Shown here: piece after piece, positions 7,098 through 17,600 of the stretch | Position numbering within the stretch: the first letter of the stretch is position 1 | How the letters are laid out: every line of letters starts with the position of its first letter | IMG/VR virus record: IMGVR_UViG_3300034283_001913 | Coordinates: 18,604-82,603 of that record | DNA: 64,000 nt | Direction: 5' to 3' (one strand) | Source: a virus | Made by a program: the position numbers and the translations under genes | The notes under the pieces: generated by a model | What the model was told of the DNA's origin: nothing | Seen by the model: the letters and a program-made list of their open reading frames with translations, nothing else | Databases searched by the model: none

Positions 7098-9182
7098 ATG
7101 CAAACCTCAAAGACATATTGGGTCGGTGCATCCGGCACTGCTTATCGCTTAGATAACTTTACTCTTCCTTGGATTAATGTTTCTGTAGCTAATACTTTTC
7201 CAGATGCTGCAAAGCTTCCTCTCTACGATGTAGAGACAGATCCTATCGATTCTAATAAAGTCTTTGCTGTGGGTATGGGTAATCCCTCAGATTCAATCTT
7301 TGGGATATACGTATCTACTGATGGAGGAGTCACCTGGTATGTCCCCGGGGGAAACTACCAAACAAATCAGTTTAGTTCTACACAGATTACCTGGTATGAG
7401 GTCCATGTTCAGGATTCTCAAAATATCATGGTATCTGGTCAGAACGGTTATATTGCTGTAAGTACAGATGGAGGTTTAACTTTCAATCTAAGTACTCAGA
7501 TGCCTCTTTTACCAGAAGGAGGTTTAGCACCAGATTACCCTACTTGTTATAGTTTACATTTTATCAGCCCTTTGATCGGGGTAGTAGGTACTCGTAGACA
7601 TGTGCTTATTACATATGATGCCGGTGTTACTTGGCTCATTCTTAATTTAGGTAATCCTATTACAAGTACTTTAGGCCAGTTTGCTCTTGAGATTCGAGGT
7701 ATACATTTATCTGCAGATCAACAGACTGTTGTAGCTCTTTCTAGTAATTACATATTTACTTCTACTGACGCTGGAAATACTTTTGTAGATACAGAATCTT
7801 TCCTTGGAGAGAACGGTTTACACCTTACTTGGACAACCGATTCTATTCTTTGGGGATTTGGAGCTAGAGATATGGTATTCCAGACTCTAGATGGTGGTTC
7901 TACTTGGAGTGTTATCCAACCTTATTTTGCACAAGGGCTGCCTCATTATGCCGGTCATTTCTATACGAACACCGAAGGGTTTTTTAGTGAGAACAATGAG
8001 CTATTCTCTACTTCGAATGCTGCTTTAACAGGAACATCTTCTTGGTCTGGAAACATTCGTATAAATGCTGTTTGGACAGTAAGAGAACCTGTTGTATGCT
8101 TTCTTCTTGAAGACTGCGAAGACAAGTTGCCTGATATTATAACAGATACAGATCTTTCTTCTTATCTGGGTCAAGTAATAAAAATTAAAGGTTACACAGC
8201 TTGTTGGACTGTATCTGAGACTCAAAACTGTGATACAGTTGTACCGGTAACAGTATCTGGTACACCATATCAAGACTGTACAGCTTGTTTATCTGTACCT
8301 TGTTATTTACTTACAGATTGTAGTAATCCTCAAAATACTATAGAAGTTACTAATCCAGAGTTTGCTGGGTATATAAATCAAGTTGTACAAATCTGTTCTG
8401 AAGCCGGATGCTTTTGTTATACAATAACAGATAACGGAACATGTTTACCTAACATTCTCTTATACACTTCTATTACGTGCTTTGAAGATTGTCAAAGTTG
8501 TTTACCTCCGCCTATTCCTCCAGTTGAACTTATTAAGCGTACGGTAAAACCTGGATACAATACACCAGGATGCCCACCGGCTTATACAGAAAAGATCAAC
8601 TGTACATTTGGAGAACAGGTTTGGGATGAAGTAGTAGCTGTAAGATATGGCGTAAAGATTTGCTGTGATCACGATGTGGATAAGTGGGATATTAAAAAAC
8701 AAATACTCGATTTGAAAGCTATTTATGACCCTGCTTTAGATATACCACCTACACCTAGTTGTAAATGTTATATCATAAATCAGTATGCTGGATCAGCTAC
8801 ATATAAGTTTATTAACTGTGGTGGAGCACTTACTGAAATTGTAAGCGCGCCTAATACTACCTATAATATCTGTGCTCAAGACTTTCCAAAAGTTTATTGT
8901 TTATCTGAAGGAGGTTCTTTTGAGATAACTAAACAAGATACTTCTTGTACAGATGATTTAGGTTGTATACCTATTCCTTGTTATTGTTACAGCACAATTA
9001 ATACAACTAGAAATCCAATAGATGTTACATATATAGATTGTGCTACAAAAACACAAGTTACTGTATCATTACCTAATGGAGAAGGCTTATACATCTGTGC
9101 TCAAGAAGGTAGTGTTATTGGTGGTATAGTATCTCCCCCTGGAGAATCTTGTAATACATCTGAAGAATGTCAACCCATCTAA
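7098..9182 (+). CDS. Tail/receptor-binding protein: BNR/Asp-box beta-propeller plus Cys-rich repeats
   Basis: Asp-boxes STDGGVTW, STDGGLTF, TYDAGVTW, STDAGNTF, TLDGGSTW; C-terminal half has repeated C(F/Y)LL.DC...C..C modules. Confidence 0.65.
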   Translation: MQTSKTYWVGASGTAYRLDNFTLPWINVSVANTFPDAAKLPLYDVETDPIDSNKVFAVGMGNPSDSIFGIYVSTDGGVTWYVPGGNYQTNQFSSTQITWYEVHVQDSQNIMVSGQNGYIAVSTDGGLTFNLSTQMPLLPEGGLAPDYPTCYSLHFISPLIGVVGTRRHVLITYDAGVTWLILNLGNPITSTLGQFALEIRGIHLSADQQTVVALSSNYIFTSTDAGNTFVDTESFLGENGLHLTWTTDSILWGFGARDMVFQTLDGGSTWSVIQPYFAQGLPHYAGHFYTNTEGFFSENNELFSTSNAALTGTSSWSGNIRINAVWTVREPVVCFLLEDCEDKLPDIITDTDLSSYLGQVIKIKGYTACWTVSETQNCDTVVPVTVSGTPYQDCTACLSVPCYLLTDCSNPQNTIEVTNPEFAGYINQVVQICSEAGCFCYTITDNGTCLPNILLYTSITCFEDCQSCLPPPIPPVELIKRTVKPGYNTPGCPPAYTEKINCTFGEQVWDEVVAVRYGVKICCDHDVDKWDIKKQILDLKAIYDPALDIPPTPSCKCYIINQYAGSATYKFINCGGALTEIVSAPNTTYNICAQDFPKVYCLSEGGSFEITKQDTSCTDDLGCIPIPCYCYSTINTTRNPIDVTYIDCATKTQVTVSLPNGEGLYICAQEGSVIGGIVSPPGESCNTSEECQPI

Positions 9183-9216
9183 TTTGTAAAAGAGCTAATA
9201 ATTCCCTATATTATAG
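9183..9216 (+). promoter_or_regulatory. Putative promoter TTTG-N20-TATATTATAG
   Basis: TTTG at 9183-9186 and TATATTATAG at 9207-9216; same boxes and spacing as 4579-4612. Confidence 0.6.
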
Positions 9217-9234
9217 GGAGAATAAAAGATAAAA

Positions 9235-10725
9235 ATGAAGCCTCTAAACGCCGATTCTGCAAGCTGTACGCCGATCTCATCAAATTGTGTGATCTGGCAG
9301 GGCCCCGATATTCCGTGTATAAAACTCTGTAAAGGAGATACAATAAGCGCTGTTGTTTACAAGCTTGCTGTAGAACTCTGCACAATTATGGAGCAGACGG
9401 ATATAACTAATTATGATCTTACCTGTCTTAATATTCAGGGATGTGGGCCTAAAGATTTAGCAGAACTCATTCAGATTTTGATTGATCGTATCTGCGCTTT
9501 AGAAGGTTGTTGTAATGATAACCCACCTACACCGGGTACGGGTTGTCAAGATTGTGTTGTTAATATCGCTCCGTGTTTTTATTATACAAATGAGCTTGGG
9601 GATACGATAACTACCATGCAGCTAAACGACTATGTTTTAGCTATTGGTAATCGTGTTTGTAGCATTTTAGATCAGATCACGATCATCAATGCTATTCTTA
9701 ATAACCATGAGATCCGAATCACGGCTTTAGAAAACGCTCCTCCTCCAACATTTACACTTCCTAAAGTAACACCTGTTTGTGTTCTTCCATCTGTACCTAC
9801 AGATATGAACCTGGTGTTATCAGCTTTGGAATCTCAGTTCTGTACTTTACTTACAGCAACTGGGACAGCTACAAATATTTTTGATGCTATTCTTTTCCAG
9901 TGTCCTGGATTAAATAGTGCTCCAAGATTAGGAGGTCCGGGAACAATGTCTTCTATACCAGGTTGGGTAAATACTGTTCAGAATCTTTCTGACTCTATTA
10001 AAAACATCTGGTTAACCATCTGTGATTTAAGAGCTGCGGTAGTAAATATTCAAGAGAACTGTTGTCCTCAAGCTTGTGATGGAATCGATATTACTATTAC
10101 AGCTAGTTTGACCGGAAGCACGCTTACTATTTTCCCTACAGGAACTATTCCTGCAGGATTTACACAATGTGCTCCAAGCTTCCTTACATCGTTTAACGTG
10201 TCTGATGAAAGCGGCAACTCGATTGTTCTTACTGGTGATATTATTGGTAACCTCAATTCTAGTATTGTTTTCAATCTTGCAGCTACTCCAATCAATGTTT
10301 TAGATAATCTGACCATTACAACAACAGTATGTCTTACTAAAGATGGTAATGTCTGCAGTTATAGTCTTAGCTACTACTTAGCTAATACGGGAGACTGTCC
10401 GGTTATAACCTATAGTGTAACAGACACAACTATTAATTATAGTGGTTTGGTAACTATGACTGGTACTGCAACATATATTGTAGAACTTTGGAATGGAGCA
10501 GGAACAAGTTTGTTATCTAGCCAGTCTACTGCTCTTACTGTTCCGCCAGCAAGTCCTTTAACGGGTACCTTTAGCAGTCTTACTGCTAGCACTACTTACA
10601 AGCTAAGAGTAAGAGTAACTTCTGGCGGATCTACTATATTTACCTGTCCATTTACTACAGTGGTGACCCTTGCTCCGGCATGTCCTCCACCAACTAGTGT
10701 TGTACCTTCAATAACTATCCCATAA
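9235..10725 (+). CDS. Cys-rich tail fibre/structural protein with coiled-coil and C-terminal FN3-like domain
   Basis: SNCVIWQGPDIPCI N-terminus; heptad segment NNHEIRITALEN; FSSLTASTTYKLRV FN3-like signature. Confidence 0.55.
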   Translation: MKPLNADSASCTPISSNCVIWQGPDIPCIKLCKGDTISAVVYKLAVELCTIMEQTDITNYDLTCLNIQGCGPKDLAELIQILIDRICALEGCCNDNPPTPGTGCQDCVVNIAPCFYYTNELGDTITTMQLNDYVLAIGNRVCSILDQITIINAILNNHEIRITALENAPPPTFTLPKVTPVCVLPSVPTDMNLVLSALESQFCTLLTATGTATNIFDAILFQCPGLNSAPRLGGPGTMSSIPGWVNTVQNLSDSIKNIWLTICDLRAAVVNIQENCCPQACDGIDITITASLTGSTLTIFPTGTIPAGFTQCAPSFLTSFNVSDESGNSIVLTGDIIGNLNSSIVFNLAATPINVLDNLTITTTVCLTKDGNVCSYSLSYYLANTGDCPVITYSVTDTTINYSGLVTMTGTATYIVELWNGAGTSLLSSQSTALTVPPASPLTGTFSSLTASTTYKLRVRVTSGGSTIFTCPFTTVVTLAPACPPPTSVVPSITIP

Positions 10726-10726
10726 T

Positions 10727-11293
10727 ATGGCAACTTGTCCAACATGTAAATGCACAAAACTACCGTGTGGGTGTGAAGATCAAGGTCTTCACACCGGCTC
10801 ACCGTGTGCTATTAATACACCATATTGTCCAAATCCTGAACCGTGTCCAGAGACATTTAGCGATTGCTGCATTATCCACAATGGAGATACTATTTATGCG
10901 GGAGCTAATAATCCTACTCAAATATTTCCGATTGCTCAAGGAGAAAGACTTTGTGATATTCTTCAAAAAATGGTAGTGTGGCTTCAAGATCCTGAAGCTG
11001 TTATAGGAGACTGTCCGGCCGTTATAGGTATTAAATCTATGGCTATCACTTCTACAAGTATTCAGGTTGTTTGGACTACTTCCGCAGGAGCTGTTAACTA
11101 TGTAGTAGGCTATACTACCGATCCAGGTGTTGTAGCTTGGACAAATAGTGCTTCTCTTGCACCTACTACGACTAGTTATACTATTACCGGACTTACGGCA
11201 AATACTACATATTTTATAAGAGTAGTACCTACATGCTTAGCTCCTGCAAGTAACCCTTACGTCATCATTCAAGTAACGACCAAATCAGTGTAA
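10727..11293 (+). CDS. Cys-rich structural protein with C-terminal fibronectin type III domain
   Basis: CPTCKCTKLPCGC N-terminus; ITSTSIQVVW...YTITGLTANTTYFIRV is a typical FN3 pattern. Confidence 0.65.
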   Translation: MATCPTCKCTKLPCGCEDQGLHTGSPCAINTPYCPNPEPCPETFSDCCIIHNGDTIYAGANNPTQIFPIAQGERLCDILQKMVVWLQDPEAVIGDCPAVIGIKSMAITSTSIQVVWTTSAGAVNYVVGYTTDPGVVAWTNSASLAPTTTSYTITGLTANTTYFIRVVPTCLAPASNPYVIIQVTTKSV

Positions 11294-11294
11294 A

Positions 11295-12239
11295 ATGGCT
11301 CCAGTACCAGCAACGCTTCAAATAGACTTTACCAGTAATTATCCAGCAGGATCTCATAGAGTTTGCTATCGAATCGCAGGATCAGGATCACCTTATACAT
11401 GCACTACAGTAGCATGTACACCGTTTGTGCCCCCTGCTCCTCCTGTAGGTTGTCAAGCTCTTATTGCTATTACAGTAGACAACGAATCTTGTGATCCTGT
11501 AACTTACGAAGGATATGTTCAAGCTACCTGCGAAGCACTAAGTTCTACTGCGGGTAGAGGACCTTTCACAATTACATTTACTCCTGCGCCTACGTGTACT
11601 CCAGTAAGACTTCAGTGTAACAATGTAGACATACTTAGCATTACTATTACGAACGGCGGTACAGGTTACGATCCTCTTAGTCTTCCAAATGTAACTGCAG
11701 TTGGAGGAGGAGGAACTTCTGTTCTTACAGCTGTGGTAAGTGGAGGTGGAGTACTTACGGGAATAAATGTAGTATCTTCTTCTGGATATTCTTCTTTACC
11801 GGCAATATCTATTGATCCATCACCTGCTCCAGGCGGCGTTCAAGCAACAGCGGTTGCGGTAATGTCTCCTTGTCCTGGATTTGTTGCAGGTGATAACTGT
11901 GACGGATCATCTAAAGGTTCTATCGGTGAACAAGAAATTGGTGCAGATTTTAATATCTGTTATACCGGTGGTTTAAGTGGAGGAGGAACTCCTGTGTTCC
12001 CTTCAGAATATACAGCTACCAATGCTACAACAGAGTGTTGCTATGATTGTAGGATTTATACTATTTCCGCAATCGATCCATCAACTGCTGTAACTTATAG
12101 CGATTGTACAAATAACGGTAATACTGCAACAGTAAACGTATTACTAGGAGCTCCTCCAACAATTATCTGCGCAACAGAGGGATCTGTTACTGCTTATCCT
12201 TCTTCAGGTGTAAGTATTGTAATGGGAGCAGCTTGTTAA
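11295..12239 (+). CDS. Cys/Gly/Thr-rich structural (fibre-like) protein
   Basis: 314 aa; ITITNGGTGY beta module; many Cys. Confidence 0.55.
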   Translation: MAPVPATLQIDFTSNYPAGSHRVCYRIAGSGSPYTCTTVACTPFVPPAPPVGCQALIAITVDNESCDPVTYEGYVQATCEALSSTAGRGPFTITFTPAPTCTPVRLQCNNVDILSITITNGGTGYDPLSLPNVTAVGGGGTSVLTAVVSGGGVLTGINVVSSSGYSSLPAISIDPSPAPGGVQATAVAVMSPCPGFVAGDNCDGSSKGSIGEQEIGADFNICYTGGLSGGGTPVFPSEYTATNATTECCYDCRIYTISAIDPSTAVTYSDCTNNGNTATVNVLLGAPPTIICATEGSVTAYPSSGVSIVMGAAC

Positions 12240-12281
12240 AAATATGTCATGGGTAAAGTTGGTTTACTAATGACTGACGGC

Positions 12282-12311
12282 GGGGGCCCTGGGGAAACTC
12301 AGGGCTCTTTT
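12282..12311 (+). terminator. Intrinsic terminator with GAAA tetraloop
   Basis: GGGGGCCCTGGG-GAAA-CTCAGGGCTCTT followed by TT. Confidence 0.7.
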
Positions 12312-12317
12312 GCATCC

Positions 12318-12368
12318 TAAACCTAGAATGTTTATTTTTATCACTCAAAAAGTTTTTGTATATTATAT
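12318..12368 (+). promoter_or_regulatory. Palindrome TAAAC-N7-GTTTA plus TATATTATA promoter-like box
   Basis: Palindrome at 12318-12334; TATATTATAT at 12359-12368, just upstream of ATG 12383. Confidence 0.4.
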
Positions 12369-12382
12369 CTGCCCAAGTCATA

Positions 12383-12970
12383 ATGGAAACATTTCAAAGC
12401 CCTGATATTAAAGCTCCTCGTTTTAGATTAACATCTAAGAGTTATCTCAATCGTGAGACCTTTGATGCTTTTTTCAAAAAGCATCCAGAGTATAGCTCTT
12501 ACAACATGGAAGATGTTAAAAAAATCATTAACACTTTCAACGAGATGATTTACAAGGGGATTATAGAAGAGCGCGATGGAATAGAACTTCCGGAAAATCT
12601 TGGGAATGTTTTTATAGGATCTTGTAAAGCTCCCAAAAAACAGAACACTGATTTTTATAAATCCAAGGTATATGGAACCAGAGTGATTAATCGTAATCTT
12701 GCTTCTGATGGATACCTTGCTAAAATATTTTATACTAACTATCAAAACAGATACAAGTTTCGTAATGCGGGTCTTTGGAAACTAAAAGGTTGTCGGGATT
12801 TTACTAGACTTGTTTCTTCTACATATAAAGAAGATTGGCCGAAATACATTGTTATAGAAGAGTACGTAAAGATTTCTTCTATGCTCAAGAAACATAAGAT
12901 TAAATCTTATGCTAAGATGAAGAGCCAAGAGCCGATCCCAGATAATTATAATGAATTTGATCTAGACTAA
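12383..12970 (+). CDS. IHF/HU-like DNA-binding protein of the crAss tail module
   Basis: VKKIINTFNEMI...DGIELPENLGNVFI is an HU/IHF-like pattern; basic; synteny before the ring genes. ATG 12383 preferred over TTG 12356. Confidence 0.55.
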   Translation: METFQSPDIKAPRFRLTSKSYLNRETFDAFFKKHPEYSSYNMEDVKKIINTFNEMIYKGIIEERDGIELPENLGNVFIGSCKAPKKQNTDFYKSKVYGTRVINRNLASDGYLAKIFYTNYQNRYKFRNAGLWKLKGCRDFTRLVSSTYKEDWPKYIVIEEYVKISSMLKKHKIKSYAKMKSQEPIPDNYNEFDLD

Positions 12971-12971
12971 G

Positions 12972-13640
12972 ATGATTACAGTAGGCGACAGCATCTCACG
13001 AGTACGTAATGTGCTTAAAGCTGTTAAGGAAGATCCTTTCTTGACAGATAGATTTATAGCTAGTATTATTCTTAAATATGCTAAGCTATTGATTAAGCGT
13101 CAAGATGATGCTAATAAAATCATGCGCTTTCAAAGCTTGTTTGATGTTTTGCCTTGTGTAGATCTTATTGAAATAGATAGAGTAGAAGCTTGCTGTGGAC
13201 CAATCAGATCCAAGTGTATTATTAAGCGTACTAAAGAGCGCTTACCTCAAATACTAGAGGGAACATACGGACCTCTTTTCAGATCTGTTACATCGATTGA
13301 TGGATCTGTAGAGCTTTTCAAAACTTATCCGGCTACATATACCGCGATGAGTAACACTACTAATTTTAAGTATAACAAGACAAAATACTTCTGGTATCTT
13401 AACGGTTATCTATACTTTCCAAATATTGAGTGGGATGCTATTCGTATCGAAGCTTTATGGGACGGGGATGTAGAATATTTTAAGTGTGATGTTGACCCTT
13501 GTCTTCCTATTCAAGATCAATCATTCAGAATACCAGAATACTTGTTTGCTGAAATAGAGCAGATGGCTCTTAAGGAAATACTTACTACTGGTCAGATTCC
13601 ATCGGATGGTGCTGATAACCAGCAAAACATTCTTAGATAA
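12972..13640 (+). CDS. Tail ring protein (R2-like)
   Basis: 222 aa; LPCVDLIEID..CC, YFWYLNGYLYF, F.IPEYL pattern of crAss ring proteins; synteny. Confidence 0.55.
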   Translation: MITVGDSISRVRNVLKAVKEDPFLTDRFIASIILKYAKLLIKRQDDANKIMRFQSLFDVLPCVDLIEIDRVEACCGPIRSKCIIKRTKERLPQILEGTYGPLFRSVTSIDGSVELFKTYPATYTAMSNTTNFKYNKTKYFWYLNGYLYFPNIEWDAIRIEALWDGDVEYFKCDVDPCLPIQDQSFRIPEYLFAEIEQMALKEILTTGQIPSDGADNQQNILR

Positions 13641-14686
13641 TGAGCTACAATTATACACTCAAATATAGAACCTTCGAGCAGCTTCTTAGCGAAGTGCTTG
13701 TAGATTTTCAGAACTATAATCTGGAAGCTTATATTGAACCTCATCAGCTAATCAAAGTAGCCAAAAGAGTTAACTATGATTTGGGGCTGAGAATCTTTAT
13801 GACGAAAGAAGCAGTTCTCGAAGTAGAGAAAGGACGTGTAAAACTTCCTGATGATTTCTTTGTCTTAAACTTTGCACTCATCTGTGATGAGGTTACAGTT
13901 CACCAAGGCATGCCGCAGGGAACCTGGATAGAAGAAAGACCTTACGTTCCTTTTTATAGAGAACAACCTGCTGTTATAGATCCTTGTACAGCTCCTGTAG
14001 TTAATTGTCAAGTTTGTCAGCAACCTTCTTGTACTTGCCAAACAGCTTGCAATATAGATGGAGAGTGCACCGGATCTTTTAATCCACAAGCTCCTTACGG
14101 TAACTATTGTAATAAACCACGGGTTTATCTTAATTGTAAAGACGAGTGCTACGAACTGGTACAGATTGTAAAAACTGAGACAAGAACATACAAGCGTCTT
14201 ATTCCGATTAAGATAATTAACAATGCTCAATCTATAGATTGTGATTGTCCTAATCTTTATTGGGATACTCCTAATATGGCTTGGATAAAAGACAATTACC
14301 TTTATACCACTTTAGACTGTGCTAAGATCTATATCAATTATCAAGGCATGTTAGAAGATGAGGAAGGTAATCTTATGGTACCTGATCATGATATGATCAA
14401 TGAGTATTATGAGTATGCTATGAAGCAACGTATCCTAGAAAATCTTATCATGAACGATGAGCCTCAAGCTGCGCAAAAACTTCAGCTTGTTGAAACAAGA
14501 TACAGAGCGGCAAGAAACTATGCTTTGAGTATTGTGAATACACCAAACTGGTCAGAGATGAAACAGCTTTGGGAAATGAATCGTAGAGCACAATACGCTA
14601 AGTATTATAATATGTTCAAGAGCTATCCATGGAACCAATGGTTCCCGGGTAATCTGGGTGTGGTATCTACTAATAAAGGAAGATAA
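13640..14686 (+). CDS. Tail tubular / ring protein (R1-like) with Cys-rich insertion
   Basis: VKLPDDF and IYINYQGMLEDEEGNLMVPD motifs; lies directly before the muzzle gene. Confidence 0.6.
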   Translation: MSYNYTLKYRTFEQLLSEVLVDFQNYNLEAYIEPHQLIKVAKRVNYDLGLRIFMTKEAVLEVEKGRVKLPDDFFVLNFALICDEVTVHQGMPQGTWIEERPYVPFYREQPAVIDPCTAPVVNCQVCQQPSCTCQTACNIDGECTGSFNPQAPYGNYCNKPRVYLNCKDECYELVQIVKTETRTYKRLIPIKIINNAQSIDCDCPNLYWDTPNMAWIKDNYLYTTLDCAKIYINYQGMLEDEEGNLMVPDHDMINEYYEYAMKQRILENLIMNDEPQAAQKLQLVETRYRAARNYALSIVNTPNWSEMKQLWEMNRRAQYAKYYNMFKSYPWNQWFPGNLGVVSTNKGR

Positions 14687-17600
14687 TGGCAGGTTTGCAA
14701 AATACATCTAGTCAAGATCCTCGTCGTTTTGACAAGGAGATGAATGAAGATATAAATGATTTTCATCTCTCGCCGGATTCTTGGACACAAGCTCGTAACG
14801 CTATCAATAACTCTAAAACAGGAGATATTGGTAAGATAGGTAATGAGCCGTCAAATCTTTTTTGTACAAAAGCTCCTTATCCTATAATCGGTGTAATACA
14901 TACTCAAGCTGATGAATGGGTTGTGTTTTCTACAGACGATGTAAATTCTGAGATAGGTACTTTCAAAGAGTCTAGCTGTACTTACACTACTTTAGTTAAT
15001 GATCCTTGTCTTGCTTTTGATAGAGCTAATCTTATCAAAGGAGTGTCTCGCCCTACCGGAGAATGTAGTTTCAAGGTATACTGGGATGATGGAAAAAATC
15101 CTTCTAGAGTTCTTGATTTAGAAAATATTCCTTGGATACAAGTTTGTACTGATGAGAATGGTGTAGTTATTCCTGGTCCTGCTGGCTATGATCCTGTTGG
15201 ATGTATTACATGTGTAGATACTACTAATCTTGATTGTGATAAAATACGGTTAGCAAGACTTGTTACACAACCTTGTATAACAGTACAAAAAGGTACAGGC
15301 GGAGGAACATTACCAAACGGTTCTTACTTTGCGGTAATAGCTTATACAATCGGGGGATCAAATACTGAAATAAGTAGTCAAAAAGTTACTGATTACTTTC
15401 CTCCGAGCAATCTTCAAAGTTTATTTGATCATGAAAATGTAGCTGGTTCTTTAGATATTATTATAGATTCTATTGATCCAGATTTTGATGAGTATGAGCT
15501 TGTTTTAGTATCAATTATTAATCAGCAAACTGTAGCTCGCCGAGTAGGTATTTATAGTACTCAGCAAAAGAGAGTTACTCTCGATATTATTGATTCTCGC
15601 TGGGTAAGTGTACCTATTGAAAACATTCCTATTCGTACTACAGTATTTGAAAGATCTGATGCGATGTTTTCTGTAAATGACTATTTGATCAGAACGGGAC
15701 CTCGTGCAAGATTTGATTTTAACTACCAGCCTTTAGCTAACCAGATTGTTACAAAATGGGTAGCTGTTGAGTATGATCAAGACTATTATAAGGATGGCGG
15801 ATCAAATACTGGTTATATGCGCGATGAAGTATATGCGTTCTTCATACGCTGGATATATGACACCGGTGATAAGTCTGCATCATATCATATTCCAGGAAGA
15901 CCAGCTTTTGCCGGAGAAAAGAATTTTCAGGTATCAGATGCTCTTCCTGAAGAAATATCAGGAGGCTTTAACTATAAGTGGGTAATAGAAAATACAGCTT
16001 CACAAATCGGCCCTCCAACAGCAATCCCTACAGCAGATGGCGGATTTCAGATTGCTGAAGGATACATGGGCTATTGGGAGTCTACTGAAGAATACCCTGA
16101 TAAAAAACCAGAGATTTGGAATGCCAATGATCCAGCGCATCCGTGGACAGCTCCTAACATAGTACCTTATCCAGGTACCAATCCTAATGCTAATGGTGAT
16201 TATGATCTCTGTGGAGAAAAGATTCGTCATCATCGTTTTCCAGATAGTATTTTGAACTTTACAAATGGTACAGCAAACCACTTTGTAGGTTCTTCTCCCA
16301 ATTTTAATGGTGATCCCGCGATACGGATAATGGGCGTAAAGTTTGAAAACGTGCGCCCACCCGTAGACAATCAGGGTAACATTATTTCTGGTGTTGTAGG
16401 ATTTGAAATCTTGCGTAGCACCCGTCAAGGGAATCGTACAGTTCTTGCTAAAGGTGTAGTATCCAATATGGGTGTCTACACTATTGAAGGCAACATTACA
16501 CCTCGCACCGGTTTATATCCTAACTATCCTTACAACGATCTTAATATAGATCCTTTCTTATCTGCTACAGAAACTAATGCGCCTGTTTGCAAAATAGATG
16601 GTTCTCCTACGGCTGCAGGAGATGGCTATACGCCAGTAGGAAGTTTTTCTAATACTATTTATAGTTTCCATTCCCCTGATACAAACTTTAGTAAACCTTT
16701 TTTATCAGGAAAAGAGTTTAAGATTTATGAAGAACTAAGAGGCACTGTTACAGGGAAGTTTGAGTTTTCTGAAAGACATCCTAAGACTAAGCTTATTTCT
16801 AATACAGCTTTTTATACATCAGTTATTGTAGGTATAGGTATAGCATCTGTGGCTATGAATGGGGAAAGAACCATTCGTAGAAACATGCCGTATCAAATCA
16901 TGACTCCTACGGATCTTATTACAAATGCTCCAGGAGTTGCTGCAGCAAACGCTGGTTATGGTGTTATGGCAACAGCCCTTGCTACCGCTAACGCTGCTGC
17001 TTGGGATGCTGGAGGAATTTTAGGTTTGAATGCTTTAGGATTTGGTCCAGGAACTTATTATGCAACTCTTGCGACTATTGGAGCTACTGCAGGAATTATT
17101 CCTGGATTAGCTGGATATAGTTATCAAATTGATCAAAAAGGAGGAGCAACTGAAGATATTCCTGTTCCGTTACTTATTGTTCAAGGTATCCCTACTTTTA
17201 TATCGTTTTGGTCGCAGGGGGTTGATTCAACACTAGATCTTATAAGATCTATTATTAAATATAGAGATTTTGCTCTTAAGTATAATTCTCATTGTTTGTA
17301 TGATTCTTTTGCTATTCCTCCAGTATCTGGTGATCGTCGTAGAAGTATTATCGAGCAAAGTTATCTTGGGCCGAACATTTTAGATTTTGGTAGCAACTAT
17401 CGAATCAACAATCTGTTTAGATCTACTACTGTAGCTTTACAAGTAAATTCTCCATTACCTTTTCCTGTAGGTGATAATACTCGTCAGCTTGCTACATCTC
17501 CTGTAGCCAATCTTATGGAACCATATGGATTGTTTAATAATCAAATGAGACTTATCAATCCAACAGCAAAAGCTTTCACTACAAATTCGGTTTGCTATTA

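Noticed and set aside
6333-12239. Diversity-generating retroelement or invertase shufflon acting on fibre genes
   Set aside because: No reverse transcriptase, recombinase or template/variable repeat pair was seen in the window.
12356-12382. TTG start for the IHF-like gene
   Set aside because: It overlaps the TATATTATA promoter-like box; ATG 12383 fits better.
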